From the NCBI GenBank assembly GCA_003136615.1, contig PLFA01000153.1:10998-43516 (forward strand): 32,519 bases of DNA. Direction: 5' to 3'. The stretch is from Caulobacteraceae bacterium. Lineage in GTDB: Bacteria > Pseudomonadota > Alphaproteobacteria > Caulobacterales > Caulobacteraceae. The translations under genes and the position numbers were made by a program. Below the pieces are notes generated by a model. That model saw nothing but the letters and a program-made list of their open reading frames with translations. It did no database searches and had not been told where the DNA came from. Positions 17,601-26,708 of the stretch are shown in pieces. Numbering within the stretch: the first letter of the stretch is position 1; each line of letters opens with the position of its first letter.

Positions 17601-18662
17601 TTGGCCGTGGCGAGGCCTGGCCGCGATCCCTATCTCGCGGGAGTGTCGTTATCCGTTGATCGCTTGGCCGCCGCGGCGCAGCGGGCCCTGGACCTGGCCT
17701 GGGCCAAGGCCGGGGCGACGGCGCCAAACCCGCCGGTGGGCTGCGTACTGCTGGGCGGCGACGGTCAGGTCCTCGCGGAGGCCGCGCACGAACGCGCGGG
17801 GAGCGCCCATGCCGAGGCTGCCGCGATCGCGATGTGCCGGGCGGCGGGCAGCCTGGACCTCGCGCGGGCCGCGGTCGTCACCCTGGAGCCCTGCAGCCAT
17901 GTGGGCCGCACGCCCCCCTGCGCCGACGCACTGCTGGCCACGGGAATCAAACTGATCCTCATAGGCGCCCCCGACCCCCATCCGCGCGCGCCAGGGCAAG
18001 GTTTCGAGATGCTTCAAGACGCTGGCCTGCGCGTTCTTCCGTTCTCGGCGCTGGATCATCCCGCGGCGGGGCGCCTCGCGAGATCGGCCGCGCGCCTGAT
18101 CGAACCCTTCGCCAGCGCCGTCATTCGCGGTCGCCCCTTCGTCACATTGAAGACAGCTCTGACGTCTAAGGGATCGATGGTCCCGCCCTCCGGGCAAAAG
18201 ACCTTTACGTCGGAGATGTCCCTGGCCCACGCCCATACCCTTCGCCGACGCGCCGACGCGATCCTCACAGGGTCCGGCTGCATTCTCGCCGACGATCCGG
18301 CTTTCACCGTGCGCCGGGTTCCCGACCACCCGGCCAAGCGACGGATTCTGGCCATCCTCGACCGGCGACGCCGCGTGCCCGACGCCTATTTCGCCGACGC
18401 CCGGGCGCGCGGGCTTGAGCCTCGCCGTTATGCGGGGTTGGAGGCGGCGCTGAAGGATCTTGGCGCGGCAGGCGCGCTGGAGGTGCTGGTCGAGGCGGGG
18501 CCGACCTTAAGACGCGCGGTCCTCAAGAGCGGCGTTTGGGACGAGGAGGTCATTTTCCAGCAGGCGATATCGCCGGGCGCGGCGGATGAGACGCGCATGG
18601 TCAGGCGCGATGGGGCGGCGCCTTTTGACGATTTCGCACATTACAACCTGGAGCTTGCTTGA
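17601..18662 (+). CDS. ribD: RibD-like bifunctional pyrimidine deaminase/reductase
   Basis: TAPNPPVGCV, HAE, TLEPCSHVGRTPPC (zinc), PDP, AILTGSG..LADDP, VLVEAG. True start uncertain (GTG 17643 possible). Confidence 0.88.
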   Translation: MAVARPGRDPYLAGVSLSVDRLAAAAQRALDLAWAKAGATAPNPPVGCVLLGGDGQVLAEAAHERAGSAHAEAAAIAMCRAAGSLDLARAAVVTLEPCSHVGRTPPCADALLATGIKLILIGAPDPHPRAPGQGFEMLQDAGLRVLPFSALDHPAAGRLARSAARLIEPFASAVIRGRPFVTLKTALTSKGSMVPPSGQKTFTSEMSLAHAHTLRRRADAILTGSGCILADDPAFTVRRVPDHPAKRRILAILDRRRRVPDAYFADARARGLEPRRYAGLEAALKDLGAAGALEVLVEAGPTLRRAVLKSGVWDEEVIFQQAISPGAADETRMVRRDGAAPFDDFAHYNLELA

Positions 18663-19691
18663 ATGCCCGTCGAATTAGCCTTCGCGTCCTTGAGGGCGGG
18701 GCGGCCCGTCCTCCTGCGCGATGATCGCGACCCGGGCGAGGCGGCCGCCCTGGTCATGGTCGCCGGGGACAATCCCGTCCGCGCCGCGACGCGTCTCGGC
18801 GACTTCGGCGTCGTGACTCTCGCCCATCCTGCAGGCTCCCCCACCGCATCTTCCGGGGCCGGCGCGGCCTTGCGCCTTGCGCCGATCGCCGCCGGGGGCG
18901 CGCTGGCGGTGCGGTCGCTGGACGCCGGCGCATTTGACCTCGTCCGTCTCGCCACCGGGGCGGACGCCGCGCTGCTCACACCCACCTCGAACGGGACGGC
19001 CACGGGGGCGGCGGCGTTCGTGACCTTGACCGAGATCGCCGCGTGGCGGGAACGGACGGAGGTTCTGGTGGAAGAGGCGGCGGCCGCCCGCCTGCCCTCT
19101 TTGTACGGCGCGTCGGGTTTCTGGGCCCGCGCCTTTGTCAGCCTCTATGACGGGGTGGAGCACCTGGCTCTGGTGAAGGGCGAACCCGAGCCGGGCGCGC
19201 TGGTGCGCGTCCACTCCGAGTGCCTGACCGGCGACGCGCTGGGATCGCTGCGGTGCGACTGCGGCGAACAGTTGCGCGCCGCCATGGCCAGCATTGCGGC
19301 CGCGCCCTGCGGCGCCCTCATCTATCTGCGCGGTCATGAGGGACGCGGCATTGGTCTGGCCAATAAGATCCGGGCCTATGCTCTACAGGACCAAGGGCTC
19401 GACACGGCCGAGGCCAATGCCGCCCTGGGCTTCCCCGAAGATTCCCGGGAATACGCGGTCGCGGCGCAGATCCTCAAACGCCTTGGGCTCTTCGACGTGC
19501 GGCTCCTCACCAACAATCCCCGAAAGGCGAGCGCGCTGGCGAGTTTCGGCGTCAAGGTGCGCGAAGAGCTGCCGCTGGTGATGGGCGCCAACGCTCACAA
19601 CCGCGCCTATCTGGGCGCCAAGCGCGATAAGCTCGGCCACCGGCTTCCCCGGGATGACGACGGCCTTCGCCGTCTCGTCGGGCGCGGATGA
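18663..19691 (+). CDS. ribA: GTP cyclohydrolase II with a degenerate N-terminal RibB-like domain
   Basis: RVHSECLTGDALGSLRCDCG, HEGRGIGLANKIRAYALQD, DSREY, LLTNNPRK, KRDKLGH. ATG directly follows the ribD TGA. Confidence 0.92.
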   Translation: MPVELAFASLRAGRPVLLRDDRDPGEAAALVMVAGDNPVRAATRLGDFGVVTLAHPAGSPTASSGAGAALRLAPIAAGGALAVRSLDAGAFDLVRLATGADAALLTPTSNGTATGAAAFVTLTEIAAWRERTEVLVEEAAAARLPSLYGASGFWARAFVSLYDGVEHLALVKGEPEPGALVRVHSECLTGDALGSLRCDCGEQLRAAMASIAAAPCGALIYLRGHEGRGIGLANKIRAYALQDQGLDTAEANAALGFPEDSREYAVAAQILKRLGLFDVRLLTNNPRKASALASFGVKVREELPLVMGANAHNRAYLGAKRDKLGHRLPRDDDGLRRLVGRG

Positions 19692-19696
19692 AATAT

Positions 19697-20290
19697 CTAG
19701 CCGGGAAGCATCCGCTGGAGCTCGGGCTCCTTGTCCAGGAACTGGTGCTTGAGGGCGGCGCCGACGTGCAGGACGAAGAGGGCGTACAGCAGGTAGGCGA
19801 GGTATTTGTGAAAGGCGAAGAAGAGGCTGTGCAGCGCCTCCTTGGCGGCGGCGGGCTGGTGCATGATCAGGGCGATCCGCGGCCAGGGAACGAGCCCATA
19901 GAGGCTCATGGGATGGGTCGGCGCGTCCTTCCAGGCGGAGTCGTGGATCCAACCGGTCAGGGGCAGAAGCAGGATGACGGCGTAAAGCAGGGCATGGGCG
20001 GCGTGGGCGGCGAGTTTTTCCGCGCGGGGATAGCTGGCCGGCAGGGCGGGCGGGCGATGCCCAATCCGCCACAGGATACGCAGCAAAACGAGACCCAGCA
20101 CCGTGATGCCGATCGACTTATGCAGATCAATGACAGGTCGGACCCAGGCGTCGGGGTAGTGATCGATAAACCAGATCATCACCAGATTCCCGAGAATCAG
20201 AAGCGCCACCAGCCAGTGCAGCGCCATGGCGACGCCGCTGTAACGCGACATGCGGTTATCTTCCGGGAGCGCGCTCGGGGCTTCAGCCAT
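19697..20290 (-). CDS. Cytochrome b561 (YceJ/CybB-like)
   Basis: RYSGVAMALHW, LHKSIGITVL, AHAAHALLY, FHKYLA, LHVGAALKHQF. Start 20290 (alternatives 20320, 20251). Confidence 0.92.
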   Translation of the reverse strand: MAEAPSALPEDNRMSRYSGVAMALHWLVALLILGNLVMIWFIDHYPDAWVRPVIDLHKSIGITVLGLVLLRILWRIGHRPPALPASYPRAEKLAAHAAHALLYAVILLLPLTGWIHDSAWKDAPTHPMSLYGLVPWPRIALIMHQPAAAKEALHSLFFAFHKYLAYLLYALFVLHVGAALKHQFLDKEPELQRMLPG

Positions 20291-20358
20291 GGGTTTCTCG
20301 CAAAGGTTCGGGGTCGGCATTTAGGGCCTCAAGCCCAAGCTTTTCAATCGGGCGCCCG

Positions 20359-21837
20359 GTGATGGAGGCGACGCTTTCCGCCACTGATCGACCCCGCCCC
20401 ACGCCTGTTGGCGCCACCGTGAAGGACCTGGAGAGACGATGGCGGCGCCTCTCGCCGCGCGTCTCGGCCCCGCCCACACCCTGGGTGAGCCACGCCATAA
20501 GCGGCGCGACCCTGGTCCTCTGGTTGCTCCTTCTCGCCGCGCCGTTTGGCCTGAAGGGCGTCTTCGTCTGGTCGGCCGGCATCGTCTATGCGGCCTATGA
20601 CACGGTGCTTCTGGTTTTCACCTTCGCGGAGACCCTGGCGCTGCTCCGCCCCGCCCCCCCGGCCCCAGCTGGGCTGCCCCGCCCAACCCTGGCGGTTCTC
20701 GTGGCCGCGCGGAACGAGGCGGCGGTTCTGCCCGAGACCCTGAAGGCTCTCTTGGCTCAGGCGCAGCCACCCGAGGAGATCGTGGTGGTGGACGACGGAT
20801 CAGACGATGACACGCCGGGGGCGTTGCGCGCGGCGTTCGGGATGGCGCCCCCGGCCCTTGGGGATTTGGGCGTGGGCCCGGGGCCCCTGCGCTGGCTGCG
20901 CCTGCCGCCCGGCGGCAAGGCGCGGGCGATGAATGCGGCGCTGGGGCGAATCGACAGCGAGGTGGTGTTGACCGTGGACGCCGACACGCGTCTGGAGGCC
21001 GGCGCCATTGCCGCCATGCGGGAGGCCTTCGCGCGCGACCAGAAGCTCGTCGCCGCCACCGGCGTCATCACCCCCGTCTGCGCGCCCACCGTCCTTGGCC
21101 AGACGCTGCAATGGTTCCAGACCTACGAATATATCCGCAACTTCCTGTCGCGCTATGCCTGGATGCGCCGCGACAGCCTCGTCCTGATCTCAGGCGCCTT
21201 CGCGGGCTTCCGCACCCGCGCGGTGATCGAGGTGGGCGGGTTTGATCCGGACTGTCTGGTGGAAGATTATGAACTCATCCACCGGCTCAAGCGTTTCAGC
21301 TCCGACGAGAGCCGCGCGTGGCGAACGGCCGTGGTGGGCGGCGCGCGCGCCCAGACGGAGGCGCCCAGCACGCCCATGGCCTTCCTGCGCCAACGGCGGC
21401 GCTGGTTCGGCGGCTTTCTGCAGACCCAGTACTGGTATCGGGACATGGTGGGAAACCGGCGCTACGGTGAGCTGGGTCTCTTCCATCTGCCAGTGAAGGC
21501 GGCCGATACCGTGCAGCCGATCTATGGCCTGACCGCCTTTGGGCTGCTGCTCTGGTATCTCTTCACGGGGCGCATCGGCGTCGTCCTCGCGATTTCAGGG
21601 GTGATCGGCGCGAAGATCGCCCTGGATCTCGCCTTTCATCTCTGGTCGATCCTGCTCTATCGGCGGTGGCTGGGTCCTGGCGTGCGCCTCTCGCCTTTCC
21701 TGGCTCTCGCGGCCGCGGTCGCAGAGCCTTTCACCTTTCAGCTGCTGCGGCACACAGCCGCCATGTGGGGATGGGTGACCTTCCTCACCGGCGGACAGAC
21801 CTGGGGACGGCAGAGCCGGGCTGGCGCGTTGGGCTGA
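20359..21837 (+). CDS. Processive membrane glycosyltransferase family 2 (PgaC/HAS/NodC-like fold)
   Basis: VAARNE, VVDDGS, GKARAMN, DAD, VED, QRRRW, with N- and C-terminal TM helices. Confidence 0.92.
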   Translation: MMEATLSATDRPRPTPVGATVKDLERRWRRLSPRVSAPPTPWVSHAISGATLVLWLLLLAAPFGLKGVFVWSAGIVYAAYDTVLLVFTFAETLALLRPAPPAPAGLPRPTLAVLVAARNEAAVLPETLKALLAQAQPPEEIVVVDDGSDDDTPGALRAAFGMAPPALGDLGVGPGPLRWLRLPPGGKARAMNAALGRIDSEVVLTVDADTRLEAGAIAAMREAFARDQKLVAATGVITPVCAPTVLGQTLQWFQTYEYIRNFLSRYAWMRRDSLVLISGAFAGFRTRAVIEVGGFDPDCLVEDYELIHRLKRFSSDESRAWRTAVVGGARAQTEAPSTPMAFLRQRRRWFGGFLQTQYWYRDMVGNRRYGELGLFHLPVKAADTVQPIYGLTAFGLLLWYLFTGRIGVVLAISGVIGAKIALDLAFHLWSILLYRRWLGPGVRLSPFLALAAAVAEPFTFQLLRHTAAMWGWVTFLTGGQTWGRQSRAGALG

Positions 21838-21858
21838 GGGGCGAGAGGCGCGGCGCCA

Positions 21859-22446
21859 TCACGCCAGCCCTTCATGCTCAAGCGCCAACTTTACGGCCGG
21901 CCGCTCCCGCATGCGGCCCGCGAAAGCGGACAGGGCTTCGGGAATCTGGACCGAGAACTTCTTCGCCCAGGTAAGCATGACGAAGAGATAGCCGTCGGCC
22001 ACGGTGACGCCCGGTCCGAAGAGGAAGGCGCCCTTCAGCTGGTTCGCAAGCAGGTTAAGCCGCTGGGTTATGGATTCCGCGGCCTTGGCCTTCTGAGAGT
22101 CGGTAGAGTCCGGGGCGAAGAAGGGTTTGAAACCCTTATGAATTTCCGTGGAGATGTAAGCCAGGGTCTCCAGGACTCGGTAGTGACCGAGTTCGCCCGG
22201 GGGGCTGAGGCTCGGCGCCGCATCGGCGATCCAGCTGAGAATGGCGATGTTCTCGGTCAGGAGATCGCCGCTCGGCAGCCTTAAGGCCGGGACATAGCCC
22301 TTGGGATTAATCTCCGTGAAATCATGGCCATCCTCGGTCCGATGGGTTTGCAGGTCGACCTTGACCGCGTCGAAGGCCAGGCCCGCCTCATGCAAGGCGA
22401 TATGGTCAGCGAGGCTGCAGGCCCCCGGCGCATAGAAAAGTATCAT
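21859..22446 (-). CDS. Glutathione S-transferase (beta class, GstA-like)
   Basis: FYAPGACSLADHIAL, INPKGYVPAL, LTENIAIL, EIHKGF, TVADGYL. ATG 22446 fits the family length. Confidence 0.93.
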   Translation of the reverse strand: MILFYAPGACSLADHIALHEAGLAFDAVKVDLQTHRTEDGHDFTEINPKGYVPALRLPSGDLLTENIAILSWIADAAPSLSPPGELGHYRVLETLAYISTEIHKGFKPFFAPDSTDSQKAKAAESITQRLNLLANQLKGAFLFGPGVTVADGYLFVMLTWAKKFSVQIPEALSAFAGRMRERPAVKLALEHEGLA

Positions 22447-22531
22447 GGGGGAACGGCTCCATTCGGCGTTCATCAGCGTCTCGGAACGAAAGGTTGACGA
22501 GTCGGGGTGGGTTCCGTTGAAGGGCCCCGAA

Positions 22532-22555
22532 GTACGGAACGCCTCCGTAGTTTCC
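22532..22555. promoter_or_regulatory. Palindrome TACGGA-N5-TCCGTA overlapping GTAGTTTCCG (FixJ-box-like)
   Basis: Lies in the divergent gst/pgmB intergenic region. Confidence 0.4.
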
Positions 22556-22620
22556 GAGGCTGTGGCCGGCGCGCCGCCGCGCCTAATCTAGAATCGGCCC
22601 ACGCGAGGACTTTTAAGCCA

Positions 22621-23337
22621 ATGCCAATCGCCGCGCCGGCCCTTTGCGCCGGCATATTTGACGTGGATGGCGTGCTGCTCGCCTCGCCGCACGAACAGGC
22701 GTGGCGTGACGCCCTGGCGGGCTATGCGGACCCCGCAGCCTTCACCACGGCGATCTATCAGGCGGACGTGGCCGGTAAGCCGCGCGCCGATGGGGCCCTG
22801 GCCGGGCTGAAGGCGATGGGCGTGGCGGAGCCTGAGAGCAAGGCCGTCGCCTATGCCGAGTCCAAGCAGACGCGGCTCGAGGCGTTGATCGCTAAGGGCG
22901 CGGTCACGGCGTTTCCCGACGCCCTGCGCTTCGTGCAGGCGGTTTACGATCTGGGTTGGCGCCTCGGCGTCGCCTCGTCGTCGAAGAACGCCAACGCCAT
23001 GATGAAACCCATTCGGCTGGAATCGGGCGTCAGGCTGCTGGATGTGTTCAGCGCCAATGTCTGCGGTCGCGATCTGGCCCATGGAAAGCCGGATCCCGAG
23101 CTGTTCCTGATCACAGCCTCCGAACTGCACGCCGAGCCCCGGGACTGTTTCGTGGTCGAGGACGCGCCGGCGGGCGTCGAAGCCGCCCGGGCCGGAGGGA
23201 TGGCGGCGCTTGGCGTGGCGCGGCTTCATGACACGCGCCTCCTCAAGGCCGCGCACGCGAACCTAGTGGTCACAAGCCTGGGCGATGTGGATCTGGAAGA
23301 GCTCAAGGCGGGGCGTCTGCGCCACAAGGCCGCATGA
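22621..23337 (+). CDS. HAD-family beta-phosphoglucomutase-like protein
   Basis: FDVDGVL, AGKPR..GA, ASSSKNA, GKPDPELF, VEDAPAGVEAA. GAGGA upstream of ATG 22621. Coupled to GH65. Confidence 0.9.
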   Translation: MPIAAPALCAGIFDVDGVLLASPHEQAWRDALAGYADPAAFTTAIYQADVAGKPRADGALAGLKAMGVAEPESKAVAYAESKQTRLEALIAKGAVTAFPDALRFVQAVYDLGWRLGVASSSKNANAMMKPIRLESGVRLLDVFSANVCGRDLAHGKPDPELFLITASELHAEPRDCFVVEDAPAGVEAARAGGMAALGVARLHDTRLLKAAHANLVVTSLGDVDLEELKAGRLRHKAA

Positions 23338-25646
23338 CGGATCCCAACACAAAAGCCCAGACCATGGACGCGGCGCTGAGCCCCACCGCCGATCCGGGTT
23401 GGGTGCTGGTGGAGGAGGGTTATGATCCCCTGCGCGAAAGCAGCCTCGAGTCCCGGTTCGCCATCAGCAACGGCTTTCTCGGCGTCCGTGGCGCGCGGGC
23501 GACGGCGCGCGGTTCACGCTGGATCGTCCCCGCCCGCACTTATGTGGCGGGCCTGTTTGACACCGGCGCGGCGGCTGGCGGGATTCCCGCCCTGGTCCAG
23601 GCCGCGGGTTGGCTGAATGTACGCCTGGTGATCGACGGCCAGACCCTGGGGCCCACTCCGGGTGATCTCACCGCTCACCGCATGACCCTGGATATGCGGC
23701 GCGCCGCGCTTTTCACGGACTGGCGCGCGCCGGAAACGCGCGTCGGGGGGCCTGGGCAAGTGGTGGCGCGGATGCGGAGCGCGCGACTGGTTTCACAAAA
23801 GGCGCGGGGGATTGGTCTGCAGCTTATCCAGATGAAGATGGGCGAGGGCGATATTGACGTCACGCTGGAAGCTGGCTGCGAGGGACTGGGGGCCGGCCTT
23901 ACCCAGGTTGTGTTGACACCGGATCTCGGACTGTGGCGCACCCGCCAATCCGACATCGGCTTGGCCATGGCGGCGGGCGCCTGGCTTAGCGTGGACGCCG
24001 TGGAGCTCAGTTCCAAGTGCATGGGTCCGCTCACATGTTGCTGGAGCTGGAGAACCCGCCCCGGCCAGATGGTCACTTTCGCGCGCCTGGTGTCATTGGC
24101 GCGGCGCCGAGGCCCCAAGGCGGACATCGCCGACGCGGCGTGCGGGGCGCTTCACGCCGCGCGCGCACAGGGCTGGCGCGGGGTCCTGGCCGATCATGAA
24201 GGCGCCTGGGACGATCGGTGGCGCCTTAGCGAGGTCACAGTCGATGGCGACCCGGCAGCACAGACGGCGCTGCGCTTCGCGCTTTATCACCTGAACGGCG
24301 CCGCCAATCCCGACGACGAGCATGTATCGATTGGCGCCCGCGCCCTGACGGGCGACGACTATCTGGGTCATGTTTTCTGGGACACCGAGATCTATCTCGT
24401 GGCCTTCTATGCCCTTACCTGGCCGCGGGCGGCGCGAGCGCTGCTCATGTACCGCTTTAATACCCTGGACGCGGCGCGGGCCAAGGCGACGCGGCATGGC
24501 TGGCGCGGCGCTTTTTATGCCTGGGAATCCGCCGATACCGGCGCGGAGGCGTCACCGGCCCAGGTGATCGCGCCGGACCGGCAGGTGGTGACCATTCTCT
24601 GCGGGACGCAGGAACAGCACATCAGCGCCGACGTCGCCTACGCCGTCTGGCACTATTGGCGAGCCACGGGCGACGATGAGTTCCTGCGAGACGCCGGCGC
24701 TGAGATTATCCTGGAGACCGCCCGTTTCTGGGTCAGTCGCGCGACGCTCGAGACGGACGGCTTGCGCCATATCCGGGGCGTCATTGGACCCGATGAGTAC
24801 CACGAGACCATCGACGATAACGCCTTCACCAATGTCATGGCGCAGTGGAACATCCGGCGCGGGCTGGATATGGCGGCGCTGATGGATGAGCGGTGGCCGG
24901 ACGATTGGGCCGCCCTGGCCTCTCGGTTGGACCTGAAAGCGCCAGAACTTGACGCGTGGCGCGAGGCCGCCGACACGATTCTTACGGGGCTGGATCCCAA
25001 GACCGGCCTTTATGAACAGTTCGCCGGCTATTTTGGCCTCGAGGATATTGATCTCACGGCCTATTCGGGACGCTCCGTCCCGATAGATGTGGTGCTCGGC
25101 CGCGCGCGCACCCAAGGCTCCCAAGTCATCAAGCAGGCCGACGTGGTGGCCCTGCTGGCCCTGCTGCCAGAGGCGTTTGGCGGCAATAGCGGCGCGGCCA
25201 ACTTCCGCTATTACGCGCCTCGCTGTGGTCAGGGCAGTTCGCTCAGCGCCGTTGTCCACGGGCTGGTCGCCGCGCGGCTTGGGGACGGCGAGACCGCCCT
25301 CAGCTATTTTCAGAAGACTGCGGCAATCGATCTCGCCGACAGCCAGGCCGCCGACGCCGGCGGCGTGCATATCGCCGCCCTGGGCGGCCTCTGGATGATG
25401 ACGGTTTTCGGATTCGCCGGCGTGACGCTGCACGAGGGCGGCATCGGCCTCAACCCACAGCTCCCCCCTGGCTGGGAGCGGCTGGCGTTTCCCATTCAGT
25501 GGCGGGGCCGACGCCTGCGGATTTTGATAGACGCCTTGAGGGGGCGCCTGGACAGCACCCTTGAAGCCGGCGAGCCGATGACGGTTTTCATCGGCGACGC
25601 GAAGATCCCGCTGAGCGTGGAGAGGGCCGTCTCGGTTGCACTTTAG
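23334..25646 (+). CDS. Glycoside hydrolase family 65 (alpha-glucoside phosphorylase-like)
   Basis: ESRFAISNGFLGVRG, ARALTGDDYLGHVFWDTE, EQHISADVAYA, GPDEYHE, DNAFTN, KQADV, GSSLS. ATGA overlap with the HAD gene. Confidence 0.94.
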   Translation: MTDPNTKAQTMDAALSPTADPGWVLVEEGYDPLRESSLESRFAISNGFLGVRGARATARGSRWIVPARTYVAGLFDTGAAAGGIPALVQAAGWLNVRLVIDGQTLGPTPGDLTAHRMTLDMRRAALFTDWRAPETRVGGPGQVVARMRSARLVSQKARGIGLQLIQMKMGEGDIDVTLEAGCEGLGAGLTQVVLTPDLGLWRTRQSDIGLAMAAGAWLSVDAVELSSKCMGPLTCCWSWRTRPGQMVTFARLVSLARRRGPKADIADAACGALHAARAQGWRGVLADHEGAWDDRWRLSEVTVDGDPAAQTALRFALYHLNGAANPDDEHVSIGARALTGDDYLGHVFWDTEIYLVAFYALTWPRAARALLMYRFNTLDAARAKATRHGWRGAFYAWESADTGAEASPAQVIAPDRQVVTILCGTQEQHISADVAYAVWHYWRATGDDEFLRDAGAEIILETARFWVSRATLETDGLRHIRGVIGPDEYHETIDDNAFTNVMAQWNIRRGLDMAALMDERWPDDWAALASRLDLKAPELDAWREAADTILTGLDPKTGLYEQFAGYFGLEDIDLTAYSGRSVPIDVVLGRARTQGSQVIKQADVVALLALLPEAFGGNSGAANFRYYAPRCGQGSSLSAVVHGLVAARLGDGETALSYFQKTAAIDLADSQAADAGGVHIAALGGLWMMTVFGFAGVTLHEGGIGLNPQLPPGWERLAFPIQWRGRRLRILIDALRGRLDSTLEAGEPMTVFIGDAKIPLSVERAVSVAL

Positions 25647-25658
25647 CGAAGGTGTAGC

Positions 25659-26708
25659 TCACCCACTAACCTCCACGAACTCCAGCCAGACGCCGTCGGG
25701 CGCCGTGGCGGCGAAGGCTTGAGAAAAGCCATAGGGGGGGATGTCTGTGGCAACCACAGGCGTGACCCGCGCCCCGTCCGCGAGCAGCCGCGCGCGAGCC
25801 CCGGCGGCGTCCGGCACGATGAAGCGTAGGCCCGCCACCCCGAGGTTCGGGGGATGGGCGCTCTCGGCATGGTCGCGGCCTTGGACGGCCGGCATGGAGA
25901 TCAGTTCGATGGCGCCGCCGCCGGGGCTCACGCCGCCGAAGCCGCGAATATCCACGGCGAGGTGGTCGACCACGGGCCAGGGGAGCCCCATGACATTGGC
26001 CCCGCCACTGGGCCCGAGACTCGCGGCCTTGCTGATCTGGGTAAAGCCCAGGGTGGTGCGGAAAAAGGCGTCCGAGGCCGAGATATCCTCCGTCGTGATC
26101 GCGGCATTGGCAACCCGAGACCAGCGCTTGAGCTCGCCCCAGCCCACCAACGGCGGCCGGATGCGCTGAATGAAGGAGAGGCGCACGCCGTCGGGGCTGG
26201 TGGGCGCCCACTGGATCACCTCGACGCCATAGACTTCGTAGCGCAGGGGCTCGGCGGGAGCGCGCCAGCCCCGGGCATGCAGGGCTGCGCGGGTCGCCTC
26301 CATGTCGGTGACGCGCAAGTCCAGGGCGTTGATCCCGCCGGTCTCCCAGGCCTGGTCGTCGACGCGGATCCGGATCTGGAGGGCGCCCTGGACCTCGATG
26401 AGGCGGATGAAACCCGTGGTCGTTCCCACATTGCGCATGAGGGTCTGGCGCGTCTGGGCGCCAGCCGGCAGGCCCCAAAGGATGTTCAGGCTCTGGTCGG
26501 GCGGGCCTTGCCACGCCGTTTCCCAGGCGCCGACGGTGGTGAGTGTCTCCACCCAGGGACGGGCGTCAGCGACGATGATCAGGGCCTCGCGCCATCCGGT
26601 TGCGATGGTGGGGGCCCCAGCGCCGGCGGCGGGGTGATCGGCGGCGAGGGCGCGCGGCGCGATGACAGCGGCGGCGGCAGTCGCAAGGAGGGTCCGGCGG
26701 GAGGTCAC
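25659..26708 (-). CDS. Tat-exported multi-domain VOC/glyoxalase-fold protein
   Basis: Signal SRRTLL...ALA and repeated VOC ends (SPDGVRLSFIQ, APDGVWLEFVE), FFRTTLGF. GTG overlaps the upstream stop. Confidence 0.8.
   Translation of the reverse strand: MTSRRTLLATAAAAVIAPRALAADHPAAGAGAPTIATGWREALIIVADARPWVETLTTVGAWETAWQGPPDQSLNILWGLPAGAQTRQTLMRNVGTTTGFIRLIEVQGALQIRIRVDDQAWETGGINALDLRVTDMEATRAALHARGWRAPAEPLRYEVYGVEVIQWAPTSPDGVRLSFIQRIRPPLVGWGELKRWSRVANAAITTEDISASDAFFRTTLGFTQISKAASLGPSGGANVMGLPWPVVDHLAVDIRGFGGVSPGGGAIELISMPAVQGRDHAESAHPPNLGVAGLRFIVPDAAGARARLLADGARVTPVVATDIPPYGFSQAFAATAPDGVWLEFVEVSG

Noticed and set aside
17526-17645. Possible FMN riboswitch upstream of ribD
   Set aside because: No RFN conserved blocks seen and the space is too short.
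16902-19691. Toxoflavin biosynthetic cluster
   Set aside because: No ToxC (WD repeat), ToxD or soluble ToxA-type methyltransferase; only the ribD/ribA analogy holds.
22485-22515. Possible SigT/EcfG promoter for gst (GGAAC-N17-CCTT on the minus strand)
   Set aside because: The -10 element deviates from CGTT; too weak to call.
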